55,173 bases of DNA. It comes from a virus (Duplodnaviria; Caudoviricetes). Location: positions 1-55,173 of the IMG/VR virus record IMGVR_UViG_3300043607_000025, one strand, 5' to 3'. Every line of letters begins with the position of its first letter. Within the stretch, counting starts at the first letter, position 1. Positions 28,660 to 39,467 of the stretch are shown piece by piece. A program made the translations under genes and the position numbers. The notes beneath the pieces are model-generated. The model was not told the DNA's origin and did not search any database. It saw only the letters and a program-made list of their open reading frames with translations.

Positions 28660-30701
28660 CACACCGCCTCCAGGTCGTAGCCGCTTGAAATTTTGAGCTC
28701 AGTGACCTGCACGGCATAATCGCTGGAAAACTCGCGGGTCATGCTCTTGAGCTTGAAGGTCGCCTTGGTTTCCACCGCCTTGAGTGCGTTGCCGACCGAA
28801 GTGGATCGCGCCTGCACCGCTTTCTGCAATTGCGCGGCGTCCTCGTCGGTGATGTACGGCGTGATGATCGGCGGGACATTCCAGTGGGCGTGGGTGAAGA
28901 TATAGTCACCTTGCACGGATGCGGGATTCTCGACCACCAATGGCTGGTCGATGACATCCTCGACCCGCAGCGCGGACGTGAAGTCGAGCCCGTCATCATT
29001 TGGATTGGCATTCGGCGGCTGGTAGCCGACCGAGGTATCGAACAGGACGATGCGGCCGGTGAACTGCTGATAATCGGCCCCGGTGTAATTGGTGCTGCAA
29101 TAGGTCGGCGTCCCGCCCGCTGCCACTGCCGATCCGCCGCGGCCGATGGCGCAGCCGATGCGAAGCTCGCAGGCGATGCGGCCATCCGAACCATCCAGCG
29201 CGAGCGAATAACCAATGACCTTGCCGAGCGCCTCACCGACACGCGGCTCGACCAGAAACGCATTCTTGCGCAGCGTGATCTCGGGCATGCGCGCGAGCTT
29301 AGGGGCAAAGGCGATCTCCACCACCCTCGCTCTTTTCAGCAAGTGCGCGCGCGCCAATACGATCAGATGCTCGAGACTGCGATTGCCGCGCTCGGTCGCA
29401 ATGTAGGAGCGCCGGCGCACATCGCCGATCGGCACATAGGCATCGGTGCCTTCTCCCAGCAGTTCGCTCAGGTTGACCGATTTGACGTCATCGATCCGCA
29501 ATGCCTCACCATCTTCAGGGTCGGTCAGAACATGTTGCACATCGGCAATCAGCGAAAACGACACGCGATCCGTGCATGGCCGATTGGCTGAATAGCCCGC
29601 CACCAAGCTTACCGTCGTGTAATGCAACGGCAGCGCGGCGCCAACCGCCGTATAGCTGCGGCTCAACGCCGTGCTTGAACCAGATTCCCCCGGTATGCCG
29701 AACGCTGCCTGTACCTTGCCGATCGTCACAGAGCTCCGGTCGGAAGTCACGATCCTCGGGTAGGAAATATACGAGGGCGCGGTAATGAAACTCTCCGTCT
29801 CCGTTATCGTGGTGTGTGTGGTCGATGGACCAAACCACGACGTGTCGGGGAAGATGACCGTGATGTCGGAACCCGTGGTCTTGCTCTTGACCGATAAATC
29901 ATACGGCGTCGAGGCGGATGCTTCGGCGACCACCCAGCCGTCGCCAATCGTGGTCCCGGCCTTCGGCCAACTATCGTTCGTCAAGGTATACGATGTGATG
30001 TAGTTGCGGCCGCCATCTGGCCAATTCCGGCACAGATAGCTGCCCAGTTCGACGAGCCCCTGCGCTTGTTGCGTCCAGGCATATTCGGCGATGACATCGA
30101 CCCGAGCCAACGGGCCGCTGGTGAGTGTGAGACCCAATCCGTCGTAGAGCACCGTGCCGTCTTCGCTGGCACCGTCGAACTCGATCAGGCCGTCCTCGCC
30201 GGTGATTTCGTCCGAGACCGTGAGCTCGTGGGTCTCGCGATCATAGTGCCAGATCGCGCTATAGCCTTCGAGCACGACCTCCGGGTCCGTGCGGCGATCC
30301 TTGTCGATCACCACCTCGTCGTAATACGGCAGCACGCGCAGCGTCTCGGCCAAGGCCTCCTTCTGCGCCACGAGGTCGATCGGCCGCGCGACAAATTCCA
30401 ACGTGACGAGTTCCTCGAAGATCGAGGTCGGAACGCCGACGAGCCGCCCGCGGAACCGGACGAGATCCGGCCCGCAGTCAAGCGCAAACCAGCACCAGAT
30501 TTTGCGGCCGGGACCGAGCAGGCCGATGGCATTGCCGGCGACGTTGCGCGGCCGGCGGACCACGACGGTGAGGCTCGCCGGATCGCCCTCGTCTTGCTTA
30601 AGTGTGAAGCTGAAGATGTTCTCGTCCCAGCGTAGATGCTCGGGCGCGAACGTACCCTCATCTGGATCGATCCAGGCAAAGTACGGCATGCCGGCAGGCA
30701 T
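28659..30701 (-). CDS. Putative tail tip/hub protein
   Basis: 680 aa, second gene after the tape measure. Confidence 0.65.
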   Translation of the reverse strand: MPAGMPYFAWIDPDEGTFAPEHLRWDENIFSFTLKQDEGDPASLTVVVRRPRNVAGNAIGLLGPGRKIWCWFALDCGPDLVRFRGRLVGVPTSIFEELVTLEFVARPIDLVAQKEALAETLRVLPYYDEVVIDKDRRTDPEVVLEGYSAIWHYDRETHELTVSDEITGEDGLIEFDGASEDGTVLYDGLGLTLTSGPLARVDVIAEYAWTQQAQGLVELGSYLCRNWPDGGRNYITSYTLTNDSWPKAGTTIGDGWVVAEASASTPYDLSVKSKTTGSDITVIFPDTSWFGPSTTHTTITETESFITAPSYISYPRIVTSDRSSVTIGKVQAAFGIPGESGSSTALSRSYTAVGAALPLHYTTVSLVAGYSANRPCTDRVSFSLIADVQHVLTDPEDGEALRIDDVKSVNLSELLGEGTDAYVPIGDVRRRSYIATERGNRSLEHLIVLARAHLLKRARVVEIAFAPKLARMPEITLRKNAFLVEPRVGEALGKVIGYSLALDGSDGRIACELRIGCAIGRGGSAVAAGGTPTYCSTNYTGADYQQFTGRIVLFDTSVGYQPPNANPNDDGLDFTSALRVEDVIDQPLVVENPASVQGDYIFTHAHWNVPPIITPYITDEDAAQLQKAVQARSTSVGNALKAVETKATFKLKSMTREFSSDYAVQVTELKISSGYDLEAV

Positions 30702-31108
30702 CAGGCGATCACCCTCTGCTCGGCCTCAAGCGTCCAGGCCACCTCGGCCGCCCACTCGTCACGCGACGTGTTCCAGGACGTCACCTTGGCCAAAATAGTC
30801 AGCACCTCGCCTGCGCCATCGGTGCCGCCGCTGCCGAGGCCGGGGATGCATGTGATGGTGACATCCATTCCCGGCCACACATCGGTGAGCTCGGGCGCCT
30901 CGTGATCGGTGCAGGTGATGCTGACCTTGTGCTGCCGGAACTGCGCGACAGAGATGTCGGCGAGCTCGCCCCGGCAATCGCGCGCCAGGCTTTTGGCCTG
31001 GTCGATCGGCGCCAGCGTCATGGTGATGCCGCGCACAGCGTAAGATGAAAAATCGATGTCGTCGATTGTCAGCAGCGTGTAGGGCGGACGGGTGGGATCG
31101 AGTGGCAT
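30701..31108 (-). CDS. Putative distal tail protein
   Basis: 135 aa directly after the tape measure. Confidence 0.6.
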   Translation of the reverse strand: MPLDPTRPPYTLLTIDDIDFSSYAVRGITMTLAPIDQAKSLARDCRGELADISVAQFRQHKVSITCTDHEAPELTDVWPGMDVTITCIPGLGSGGTDGAGEVLTILAKVTSWNTSRDEWAAEVAWTLEAEQRVIA

Positions 31109-34100
31109 CAGGAGTACCGGCTCGGCTTCCGGCCGCCCGATCTGATTTGGCTCATCGCCGAGGCCCGCCGCAGCGCCTCGACCGCCCGCTCGTCCGTGTA
31201 TGCGACCACCGTCCCGCCACCCGGCAATCCCAGCTCGAGCCGGCCAAGGTTGCGCGGAATGCCACCTCCGCCGCCACCGGCGAAGGCCGGAAGCGCCATC
31301 GGCCCCATCGCCAGCCCGCCGAGCGCGAAGCCGCCCATGCCGCCGAGCCGCAGCGCCTCGAGCAGTTGCAGGACGCCGGGCCGCTGCACCGCGTGCGCCG
31401 GGACGATGTACTCACCACGACTAAGCCAGGCCAAGTTGGAATCGCTCGTCCCCGTCCCGCGGCCGCCGAGCAGACCGCCGCCAGCTTTGCCGCTAGCGCT
31501 CGTCAGCTTGCCGGCATCATTCGCTATGCTCTGCAAGACATCGATCGCCTTACCCAGCGTCTCGTCTATACCCTTGGCCATTTTATAGACATCCCAGCCA
31601 ATTTTATTCAGATCATCAAATACTTTGAATGCCACGCCTTTAAGTGCTTCATTTATGCTCCCCTGGGCATCCATGCCGGCTTGCGCCGCGCTCTTGATGA
31701 TGTCGAACACCCGGTGCAATTTCTCAGGCAGGCCGGACAAAAAACCGGACATTTGGGAGGAGCTGACCTCGCCGCCGCTGGCATAAGCCGGTATCAGGCC
31801 GCCAGCCGCATGCCCTGCGAGACGCCCGGAACGGCGCAACGCCTCGAGAAATGCCAACACGCCGGGCTGCTGCACCACACGCGCCGGGACGATGTATTCA
31901 CCGCGCGAGACCCAAGCCAAATTGCTGTCCGACGTGCCGCTGCCCCGCCCGCCGAGCAGGCCGCCACCGGCCATACCTTGCGTGGCGGGTGCGGCATCGG
32001 ACGACGACCCGCCCCCTTTGCCGCCGAACAGCTTCGCCACCATTGCATTCCAGGCATCCACGACCCACTGCCATGCATTGGCGATCGGCGTCGTGACCCA
32101 TGCGGTGAGCGCTGCCGTGGCCTGATCAATGGCGGTTTTGACACCCGTCACGGCGCCGTTGAACGTGTCCACGACCCACTGCCATGCATTGGCGATCGGC
32201 GTCGTGACCCAGGTTTGAATGAAGCTCGCCAAGGACTCGGATGCCTCTGCGATCAATCCCACAACCGCATTGAATGTGTCGACAATCCACTGCCAGGCAT
32301 TCGCCACCGGCGTCGTGACCCATGCGGTGATGAGGGCCGGGGCAGCACTTATTGTTTGTCCGAGCAATGCGATGGCGGCGTTGAAAGTATCAACAATCCA
32401 CTGCCAGGCATTACCAACCGGCGTCGTAACCCATCGCTCGATGAAACCGGGTTGGGCTTGTCCCTCGACCTCCCCGAAAACCGCGTTCCATTTATCGACG
32501 ATCCACTGCCAGGCCTTCGCCACCGGCGTCGTAACCACTCTATTGATGGTTCCAGCCAGCCGTTCTACCGCCGGCTGCAGCATCTTCATCCACGCGATCC
32601 AGGCATTCGCCACTGGCGTCGGGACAAATGCCGCAACCAGGCTCGCGGCCTTGCCGGCGAGTTCCGAGAACTGTCGGCCGAGTTCCTGCCAGAACGCCAT
32701 GGTCGACACCGTCTTGCCGATCTTGGTGCCGACCTCGAGAATGGAGGCACCGAGATTGACCCAAGCGGCCTTCAGTCGTTGCTGTCTGACGATCTCGGCG
32801 GCTTGCTCGTTCGCCAGATCGATCTGCTTTTGCTTGAACTCTTCGAACTTATCCGCCGGCGGGAACAGCGCATCCCACGCCTTGCTGAGCCGCAACGAGG
32901 CATCCTCGAGCGCCTGGGTGCTCTCCTTGACCTTGTCGAAATTGGCGGCCGTCTCGGGGCCGATGGCCACGCCGCCTTCGCGTATTTTCTGGAATAGGTT
33001 TGGTATTCGTCCGAGCGTGTCGGCGACGTTGCTGGCTTCGCTGCCGTACTGGCGGATGCTGTTGACGGCGGCCTCGTCAATACCGAACTGCTTGCCGATG
33101 GCGAGCGCATCCTTGATGTCGGTCGCGGTGGCAATGATCTGAACGAGGGCCTGCACAACGCTTGCACTGCTGCCTTCCGCCTGCTCCGCCACACCCCGCA
33201 ATGCGATCTGAACGGCCGTTATTTTTCTTTCCGCCGTCACCGCTTCGTCAAACTTGATGTCCTTCTGCCCTGCGATAATCTTGTCGACCTGCTCAACAAC
33301 CGTAAACAACGAGGTGGCTATCGCCTGGGCCCGCGCCTTCTGCGCGTCGGCCGCTGCGGTCGCGGCATCGGACGTCGCCCGCTGGGCGTCCTGCACCGAT
33401 TTCTCGGCCGCCACCCGGCCAGTCGTTAATTCAAGAAGCTGCTTGTCGATGTCGGCCAGCTGCCGGGCTGCGCCATAGGGGGCGCGCGCGCCGCCCTGCT
33501 GCTCCAGCTTGATCTGCGACTCCAGCAGCGCCTTCTGGGTCTCCAGCACCCGCTTGTTGGCGGCGTCGACCTTGTTGGATGCGTCTTCGATCTCATTGGC
33601 CGAGGCTGTCAAAGCCCTACCAATGTCGAGCAGGGACATCTGCCTTGCTATATTATCGACGACCTTGCCGAACGTCTCTGCGCCAATGCCAAGATGCTCA
33701 AACGCCTGCTGTCCGATTTGTAGTTCGTGAATGGTCTCGCCAGTAGCCTCGGACAGGTTGATCAGGTTCTCGTAGAGCCGCGCGCCCGCCAAGCCGCTCT
33801 CTGAAAACGCGCTGCCCATCGACTTCGCGGCCTTGGCGACGTCTTCGGCGGCCTTCGCTGCCGACGACGAGACTTTGGCGATGCCTTCAGAGGCTCTTAC
33901 GATGCTGTCGGTAGAACTATCAAAGACCCCGGCGAGCTTGGCAGTCTCGGCGTTGAGCTTGGCAATCTCGGCCTGGGCCTTGTTGTACTCGAGGGAGGCC
34001 TTGACGATCGCGTCGCTCTGTTCCGCAATGCGTGGACTAAGAGCGCCGCTGACGGTCTTGCCCAATACAAGGGCGAGAAATCCAAGAGCAGCAAGCGCAA

Positions 34101-34734
34101 GCCCTATCAGCGCAACTGCCTTGCCGGCACTTGCCGTCGCTTCTTCAAGTGCCGCGGCGGTTTGGCCGACTGCCGCGCCGGTCTTGACGGCCTCCAGGGC
34201 GAACAGTGACCAGAACCGAACCGCGTCCTGCGCCGCCGCGCCAGACTGAGCGACTTGTCCCGAGGCCTGCTCGGCAGCCCCGCCTGCCTTGACCATGCCT
34301 TCGGCGGACTTTTCCCCCGCTCCACCGAGCGCAGTGAGATGGTCGGCCACTGGCGGGGCACTCTGGGCAATCTGGCCCAAACTCTCGCCTGTCCCCTTGG
34401 CCGCCTCTCCGACCACGGTGACGCCTTCGGCCGCCTTCGTCCCGTCCTTGCCGACCTTGGCCAGCCCCTCGCTGGTCGCATCGGCGGCCTGGCCGACCTT
34501 TTCGAGAGCGGGAGCCGCCTTCGATCCGGCCTCTTCAATCTGTGCCGCGAAGCTCTGCATGGCCTCGGTGGCCGCGGCAATCGCTTGCGCGAACTTGGCA
34601 AAAGTGTCGCCGCCGATCTGCTGAGCTGCGTCGTGGATCTGGTTGAGCGATTTCTCGCCAGCCTTGCCCATATCCTCGAGTTGCTTCTGGACCTCCTCGC
34701 TGCCCTCAAGGCTGATGCGCTGCTTTATGGCCAT
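31108..34734 (-). CDS. Tail tape measure protein
   Basis: 1208-aa Ala-rich helical protein; WVTTPVANAWQWIVD repeats; two AGGG..G.GT.TSDS..A.LS.GEYIV motifs. Confidence 0.88.
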   Translation of the reverse strand: MAIKQRISLEGSEEVQKQLEDMGKAGEKSLNQIHDAAQQIGGDTFAKFAQAIAAATEAMQSFAAQIEEAGSKAAPALEKVGQAADATSEGLAKVGKDGTKAAEGVTVVGEAAKGTGESLGQIAQSAPPVADHLTALGGAGEKSAEGMVKAGGAAEQASGQVAQSGAAAQDAVRFWSLFALEAVKTGAAVGQTAAALEEATASAGKAVALIGLALAALGFLALVLGKTVSGALSPRIAEQSDAIVKASLEYNKAQAEIAKLNAETAKLAGVFDSSTDSIVRASEGIAKVSSSAAKAAEDVAKAAKSMGSAFSESGLAGARLYENLINLSEATGETIHELQIGQQAFEHLGIGAETFGKVVDNIARQMSLLDIGRALTASANEIEDASNKVDAANKRVLETQKALLESQIKLEQQGGARAPYGAARQLADIDKQLLELTTGRVAAEKSVQDAQRATSDAATAAADAQKARAQAIATSLFTVVEQVDKIIAGQKDIKFDEAVTAERKITAVQIALRGVAEQAEGSSASVVQALVQIIATATDIKDALAIGKQFGIDEAAVNSIRQYGSEASNVADTLGRIPNLFQKIREGGVAIGPETAANFDKVKESTQALEDASLRLSKAWDALFPPADKFEEFKQKQIDLANEQAAEIVRQQRLKAAWVNLGASILEVGTKIGKTVSTMAFWQELGRQFSELAGKAASLVAAFVPTPVANAWIAWMKMLQPAVERLAGTINRVVTTPVAKAWQWIVDKWNAVFGEVEGQAQPGFIERWVTTPVGNAWQWIVDTFNAAIALLGQTISAAPALITAWVTTPVANAWQWIVDTFNAVVGLIAEASESLASFIQTWVTTPIANAWQWVVDTFNGAVTGVKTAIDQATAALTAWVTTPIANAWQWVVDAWNAMVAKLFGGKGGGSSSDAAPATQGMAGGGLLGGRGSGTSDSNLAWVSRGEYIVPARVVQQPGVLAFLEALRRSGRLAGHAAGGLIPAYASGGEVSSSQMSGFLSGLPEKLHRVFDIIKSAAQAGMDAQGSINEALKGVAFKVFDDLNKIGWDVYKMAKGIDETLGKAIDVLQSIANDAGKLTSASGKAGGGLLGGRGTGTSDSNLAWLSRGEYIVPAHAVQRPGVLQLLEALRLGGMGGFALGGLAMGPMALPAFAGGGGGGIPRNLGRLELGLPGGGTVVAYTDERAVEALRRASAMSQIRSGGRKPSRYS

Positions 34735-34737
34735 CGA

Positions 34738-35274
34738 TCAGTCCTTGATCCGCTGCTCATAGAATTCCGTCATGCGCCCTGCGGCCCGTTCGAAGATGGC
34801 GTAGAGATCCAGACGCTTGCGGATGTTGACCTGGCTAACGCCGACGAACAGCGGCCCGAGTTTCCGATTGCCGGCGTCGAACAACAGCGGCGGCTTGCCC
34901 GCGACGTTCACCGACACCAGTTTGCCGCCATATTGACGTGGCGAACGGATACCGGCCGGCAGGTTCCGCTCGAGCGGCAGCCACAGCAATGGACGGCCTG
35001 CGATCGTGGCGCCGCGCTCGAACACCCCGGCAAACGGGATGGTGTTAAAGATCAACGCCGCCGGATCGCCGCCCTTGTTCGGGTAGAACCTGGAGCGCAG
35101 CGCCGCCTGCCAGCGCGCCGGGAAGCCTGCCGATGCGATGTTGGCCCGGCCCTCCTTGACCGCCAGCTTAGCAACATCCTGCACGGCGCCGGCCTTGGCC
35201 TCGTCGATATTCTTCGCGATCTCCTTCATCAATCGATCAAAGACCGCTTCCTGCGCCGAAAAAACGAGCTTCAT
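34738..35274 (-). CDS. Tail completion-type hypothetical protein
   Basis: Position; FAGVFERGATI motif. Confidence 0.6.
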   Translation of the reverse strand: MKLVFSAQEAVFDRLMKEIAKNIDEAKAGAVQDVAKLAVKEGRANIASAGFPARWQAALRSRFYPNKGGDPAALIFNTIPFAGVFERGATIAGRPLLWLPLERNLPAGIRSPRQYGGKLVSVNVAGKPPLLFDAGNRKLGPLFVGVSQVNIRKRLDLYAIFERAAGRMTEFYEQRIKD

Positions 35275-35429
35275 GCGCGAATGGCACCACTAAACAAAGG
35301 CGTGGCACGATCCGACAAGACCGCGGGCAATGGCCGGCTATAAGGTTTGCCCCTCATTGGATGAATGGCCGGGACCATGTTTTTGAAATTTCCATGCTGG
35401 ATATGGGGCATCGCGGCCGGGGCGGTGAC

Positions 35430-35657
35430 ATGAGCAACCCGGCTGCACCCTACTTCACCTACTACATCATCCTGCTCGCGTTTGGCCTCATCGCACAACA
35501 TCGCGGACGCAACGGCCTCTACTGGTCGGCTTTGGCGCTATTCATCACGCCAATATTTGCCGGATTGCTGCTGTGGCTGATGACCCGGAAGCTGGAAGCG
35601 ACCGCGCTCCCGCAGGCTGAGCGCTATCGTGCCGCCTCTACCCGCCCAATTCCTTGA
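35430..35657 (+). CDS. Small two-TM protein antisense within the tail operon
   Basis: LIAQHRGRNGLYWSALALFITPIFAGLLLWL. Confidence 0.55.
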   Translation: MSNPAAPYFTYYIILLAFGLIAQHRGRNGLYWSALALFITPIFAGLLLWLMTRKLEATALPQAERYRAASTRPIP

Positions 35658-35865
35658 GCGTCTTCTCGATCGCCTTGCCGTCGCCTTGGGCACCCAAGGC
35701 CGCGGTCCAGAGATCGTTCGCCCGCTCCATGCGGTCGAGCTTCCCGCTGAATTCGAGATAGGCCGAGAGCTGGCGCGGCGTCAGCGTCATTGCAAAGTCG
35801 GGGGGGAAGCCGCGTCTGATGAGGGCTGTGATGCTGATGGCGATTTCATGGAGCGCAGTTTTTTC
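35638..35865 (-). CDS. Tail assembly chaperone GT extension via predicted -1 frameshift
   Basis: Slippery G AAA AAA C at 35865-35858; the -1 frame is open to 35638 (EKTALHEIA...KELGG). Confidence 0.65.
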   Translation of the reverse strand, partial: EKTALHEIAISITALIRRGFPPDFAMTLTPRQLSAYLEFSGKLDRMERANDLWTAALGAQGDGKAIEKTLKELGG

Positions 35866-36257
35866 GGTTTTCTTGCTCCTTCGCCCGCGCCCATGATGCG
35901 CATCAGCCTCTCGAGGAAGGAGCGAGTCCCGTTTGGGCAAGTAAGTCTCCAGATCGGTTCTAAAAGCGCCGCTTGATTTTCCATCACCATGGCGCCGGCA
36001 ACCTGCTCGTATTTCTCATCACCTGGATGGCCGCACCCGGCGGCAATAACCGGCGCAACCGCCGCGCCAAGCTGCTCGATCAATCGCAGCACAACGCTGG
36101 GGTTGAACCCGCCCCTGAACAAGTCTCCGACATTCGGGAATCGGGAGATGATGGACGCGGCATCGTTGAAACTCAGCCCGCGCACGCTGATCCGGTGCCC
36201 GTCGATCCAGACAGCCTCGCAGGCCGTCGACGGTGCAATATCCAACAGGTCAGCCAT
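35787..36257 (-). CDS. Tail assembly chaperone (G-like)
   Basis: Lies between the tail tube and tape measure genes. Confidence 0.75.
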   Translation of the reverse strand: MADLLDIAPSTACEAVWIDGHRISVRGLSFNDAASIISRFPNVGDLFRGGFNPSVVLRLIEQLGAAVAPVIAAGCGHPGDEKYEQVAGAMVMENQAALLEPIWRLTCPNGTRSFLERLMRIMGAGEGARKPKKLRSMKSPSASQPSSDAASPPTLQ

Positions 36258-36266
36258 GGTTTGTCC

Positions 36267-36794
36267 TTATGCCGTTGCCGCTTCGTCGCGGACGGTGAAT
36301 ATCCCGAAGTCGCCGTCGTCGCCCTTCTGCACCTCGGCCTCGATCTCCAACGTCGAGAAGTCATCGGCATCGGTGATGAAGCTAAAGTCGCCGGACGGGT
36401 TGACCGAGGCGCGGCCGATGTAATCGACCTGCTGGCCGATCTCGTTGGTGCCCACGACCTTGAACACGCCGGCAACCTCGGTTTTCTTGAACGCCGATAT
36501 GGTGACGTTGCCGTCGGTGTCGGTGCCCTTCTCGCCGAGCGTGAAGATGGCGAGGTTTTCTCCATTGATTTCGTCCAACGTGATCTTGATGGTCGCGCCG
36601 GTCTGGGTGATGGCGGTGAAGTCCTTCACCTTGACACCCTCGCGCGACGAGAAGTGCTCCTTCTTCTCGATCGTCGGCGTCCAGACGAACGAGGGCGCGT
36701 TGCCGAGGTCGACGAAGTCGGCAGCGCCGTCCTCCTTGAACGAAACGATGCCTTTGCCGATGTGATAGTTCTGGATCGATGGGCTTGCGGGCAT
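36267..36794 (-). CDS. Major tail tube protein
   Basis: YHIGKGIVSF..DLGNAPSF..HFSSREGVK..D. Confidence 0.8.
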   Translation of the reverse strand: MPASPSIQNYHIGKGIVSFKEDGAADFVDLGNAPSFVWTPTIEKKEHFSSREGVKVKDFTAITQTGATIKITLDEINGENLAIFTLGEKGTDTDGNVTISAFKKTEVAGVFKVVGTNEIGQQVDYIGRASVNPSGDFSFITDADDFSTLEIEAEVQKGDDGDFGIFTVRDEAATA

Positions 36795-36797
36795 GGC

Positions 36798-37256
36798 TTA
36801 TAGGTCCTTTATTTTGAGTGAGTATTTGAACATGAACTGCGCACGCAGAGCGCCCTGCAGCGAGCGCCCCCAGCCTAGGTCGGTCTGGCAGCCAAGGTAG
36901 CGGATCGCGCCGTTGCCGAACCTTCCGGTCCTCACGATCGTCTCGTTCAGCGCTGTATCGGTCAGCACCCGCCGGATCAGCTCGCGCCGCAGGGTGGTGA
37001 GCTCGGACCCGACCTCGTCGGCTTGCTGCGCGATGACGATCTCGGGCTGCATGCGCACGACGGTCGGCCGGTTGGCGGGCCGCATCGACAGGTCGGACGC
37101 GTCGTCGGTTTCCTCGTCGCCATCGAACACGATCGCGGCCGGCAGCTTGTCTTCCGGGATGTCGGGATCGTTGCGCAGCGCCGAGCGGATATTCGGAATG
37201 CCGGCGACCACCTCGAGCAGGCGCGCCAGGATGTCCTCGCGGACGTCGATGCTCAT
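36798..37256 (-). CDS. Tail terminator-like protein
   Basis: REDILARL...[11 protein letters not shown]; directly before the tail tube gene. Confidence 0.7.
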   Translation of the reverse strand: MSIDVREDILARLLEVVAGIPNIRSALRNDPDIPEDKLPAAIVFDGDEETDDASDLSMRPANRPTVVRMQPEIVIAQQADEVGSELTTLRRELIRRVLTDTALNETIVRTGRFGNGAIRYLGCQTDLGWGRSLQGALRAQFMFKYSLKIKDL

Positions 37257-38461
37257 CGCGCCCTTCTGGCTGAAATGTAACCAGTCACGTTCACCGACCC
37301 GCCGCCGAAGGTCGCCTGCGCCACCAGGTAGACATTCTTCTGGGTGGCCGAGTTCGATGTGCACTGCCCGGTCGGGTACACCTGCCGCTTGCCCGACGTG
37401 ATCGAGCTGGACCAAATCTCGGCCAGGGTGCCGAACCCGATCGTAATGTCATTGTTCGACGGCAGCGTAGCCGGCGTGCCGCTGATCCCGGCCGACAATG
37501 AGTTCGGTCCGGTGGACGTCGGCGTGAAGATGACGCAGCCCCAGATGCCCCAGTCGCCCGGCGGCAGGATCAACGTGGTGACGTTGGCCGACACGGCTGT
37601 GACGAGATTAAAACCGACAGTGTTGCTGGCAGTGAGGTACTCGCCCTTGTCGCCAGCAGCTGCCGGCGACCCGTCGATGACGCCCTTGGTAGGCGCTGGG
37701 ACGAAGATCAGGTTGTCGGTGCCGAGCCTGGCTGAGTTTCCAGCATTGGCGCTGACGGCCGACGGGCCTGCCGGTCCAGTCGCACCGGCCGATCCTGGCG
37801 CGCCGGGAACGCCCTGCAAACCCGCATCGCCTTTGTCGCCTTTTGGTCCTTGCGAACCAGTCTGGCCGGCGGCGCCGACGTCGCCCTTGGGACCTTGTGG
37901 GCCGGCGGCTCCTGCATTCCCCTGCGGACCAGGCGTGCCTTGTGGGCCTTGTGGTCCCTGTGCGCCCGGCTCACCTTGCAGCCCTTGCGGCCCGATCGGC
38001 CCCGGCTCGCCCTGCGGGCCTTGTGGGCCGGGCGTTCCTTCCAGCCCTGGCGCCGTGAGCGTGCCGCTGACAGCGAGGTCGCCGTTGAGTGTGATGTCGC
38101 CGTTTATCGTGCCGCCTCTATGCACGTTGAGGTCGGCAGCACCGGCGACGATAGACGCGCGAGCCGCACCTTTGAGCGGAAGCTTGGCCTGACTGATCAC
38201 GCCGCCGATCGAGGAATAACGCACGTACTCGCGTGTAAACTCGCAACTCTGCGCGCTGCAATTCCGCGCTGTCGCCTCGACGAGTTCGAAGTCGCTGCCT
38301 TCCTCGAGCAACAGGGTAACCGGATCGCCATCGCGCACGCCGGCATCATAAGGGCGCATATAACGTGGGTTTGGATCGGTCACCTTAACCGGGCCGATGC
38401 CCAAGGTCGCCGTCGGGCACTCGACGCGATCGAACGGCGTTCCAAGAACCACGGCCATCAA
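37253..38461 (-). CDS. Collagen-like (Gly-X-Y) virion fibre protein
   Basis: About 30 GXY triplets and a C-terminal fibre-like domain. Confidence 0.75.
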   Translation of the reverse strand: MMAVVLGTPFDRVECPTATLGIGPVKVTDPNPRYMRPYDAGVRDGDPVTLLLEEGSDFELVEATARNCSAQSCEFTREYVRYSSIGGVISQAKLPLKGAARASIVAGAADLNVHRGGTINGDITLNGDLAVSGTLTAPGLEGTPGPQGPQGEPGPIGPQGLQGEPGAQGPQGPQGTPGPQGNAGAAGPQGPKGDVGAAGQTGSQGPKGDKGDAGLQGVPGAPGSAGATGPAGPSAVSANAGNSARLGTDNLIFVPAPTKGVIDGSPAAAGDKGEYLTASNTVGFNLVTAVSANVTTLILPPGDWGIWGCVIFTPTSTGPNSLSAGISGTPATLPSNNDITIGFGTLAEIWSSSITSGKRQVYPTGQCTSNSATQKNVYLVAQATFGGGSVNVTGYISARRAR

Positions 38462-38877
38462 ATCGCTCCTCCTGAAATCGATCGGCTAGAAACAGAAGAC
38501 GATGCGAAGCCGCCGCCGTTGCCGCCGCCGTTGCCGTCTGCCTGCTCCTTCAGCAGCAACCGCACCTCGCCCTCATCCTCGCCATTCGGGCTGCCACGCA
38601 ACTCATAGGACCGCACCGTCCAGGCTCGGCCGTTGAAGACTATCATTGCGCCGAGCCAGACATCGCGTGTGATACCTTTGGCGGTGAGTTCGGGTATCCG
38701 GGCGAACGCGCCTGGTCCGACGCTGCGCACCTCGGCGGCCTGGGTTCCCGCCGAGACTGGCAACACCTTCGGCCGGGTGTCGTCGATGACAGTGATCTCA
38801 CTGCTGCCGATAACTGCCGGCACGCCGAGTTCGGCATAGACCGGGTCGTAAAGCAGTGCGCTATAGTCGATGGTCAC
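38458..38877 (-). CDS. Head-tail joining protein
   Basis: GTGA overlap start; GRAWTVRS...GEVRLLL. Confidence 0.6.
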   Translation of the reverse strand: MTIDYSALLYDPVYAELGVPAVIGSSEITVIDDTRPKVLPVSAGTQAAEVRSVGPGAFARIPELTAKGITRDVWLGAMIVFNGRAWTVRSYELRGSPNGEDEGEVRLLLKEQADGNGGGNGGGFASSSVSSRSISGGAI

Positions 38878-39467
38878 AGCGTCAGCTGCTCGAATGCGAG
38901 CCACGTGCCCTCGACGTGTACGATGTCGCGGCCGTCGCGGTGCAAGGACTCCACCACATCCTTGACGTCGACCGTGCCGAGGTCATGCACGTCATGCCAA
39001 ACGATGATCCCACCCGGCCTGACGATCGCCCTCGCGATCGCGCTATCGTGCTCGACGGCCGCGCGGCCGTGGTCCCCGTCGATGAAGACCACGTCGGCGG
39101 GTGGCAAGTCCTGCGGCGTGAGATCGAGTGATCCACGCGGGCGCACCACCATGTGAAACCGCGCGTCGTCCTTGACCAGCTCGCCCGGATTGGCGGGCAC
39201 CTCGTGACGCTGCACTGCCTTCGCCGGTACATAGCCTGGCATCACGTCGATCCCGGTATAGCGTTCGATACCCGGCACATTGGCGAGGATCGCCTTGGCC
39301 GTGCGGCCGGCATTGACGCCAATCTCGATGACGTGGCGGGGCGACACGCTGCGCACCAGCGCGATCAGCACCTCGAGCTCGCCGGGGTTCATGTAGCGCC
39401 GCGGCAAGCCGGCCCAATCGATGGGCCGCACGTCAAATCGCGATTGCGGAACGGTCGGCAGCGACAT
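38874..39467 (-). CDS. Class I SAM-dependent methyltransferase (Methyltransf_24-like)
   Basis: VIEIGVNAG, VFIDGDH, GGIIVWHD. Confidence 0.85.
   Translation of the reverse strand: MSLPTVPQSRFDVRPIDWAGLPRRYMNPGELEVLIALVRSVSPRHVIEIGVNAGRTAKAILANVPGIERYTGIDVMPGYVPAKAVQRHEVPANPGELVKDDARFHMVVRPRGSLDLTPQDLPPADVVFIDGDHGRAAVEHDSAIARAIVRPGGIIVWHDVHDLGTVDVKDVVESLHRDGRDIVHVEGTWLAFEQLTL

Noticed and set aside
32040-32620. DNA repeats such as ATCCACTGCCAGGCATT..GGCGTCGT as a possible array
   Set aside because: They encode the tape-measure WVTTPVANAWQWIVD repeats and vary at synonymous positions.
31045-33142. Long plus-strand ORFs (650 and 307 aa), and similar ones opposite terL and other late genes
   Set aside because: Shadow frames of GC-rich minus-strand genes with no recognisable motifs.
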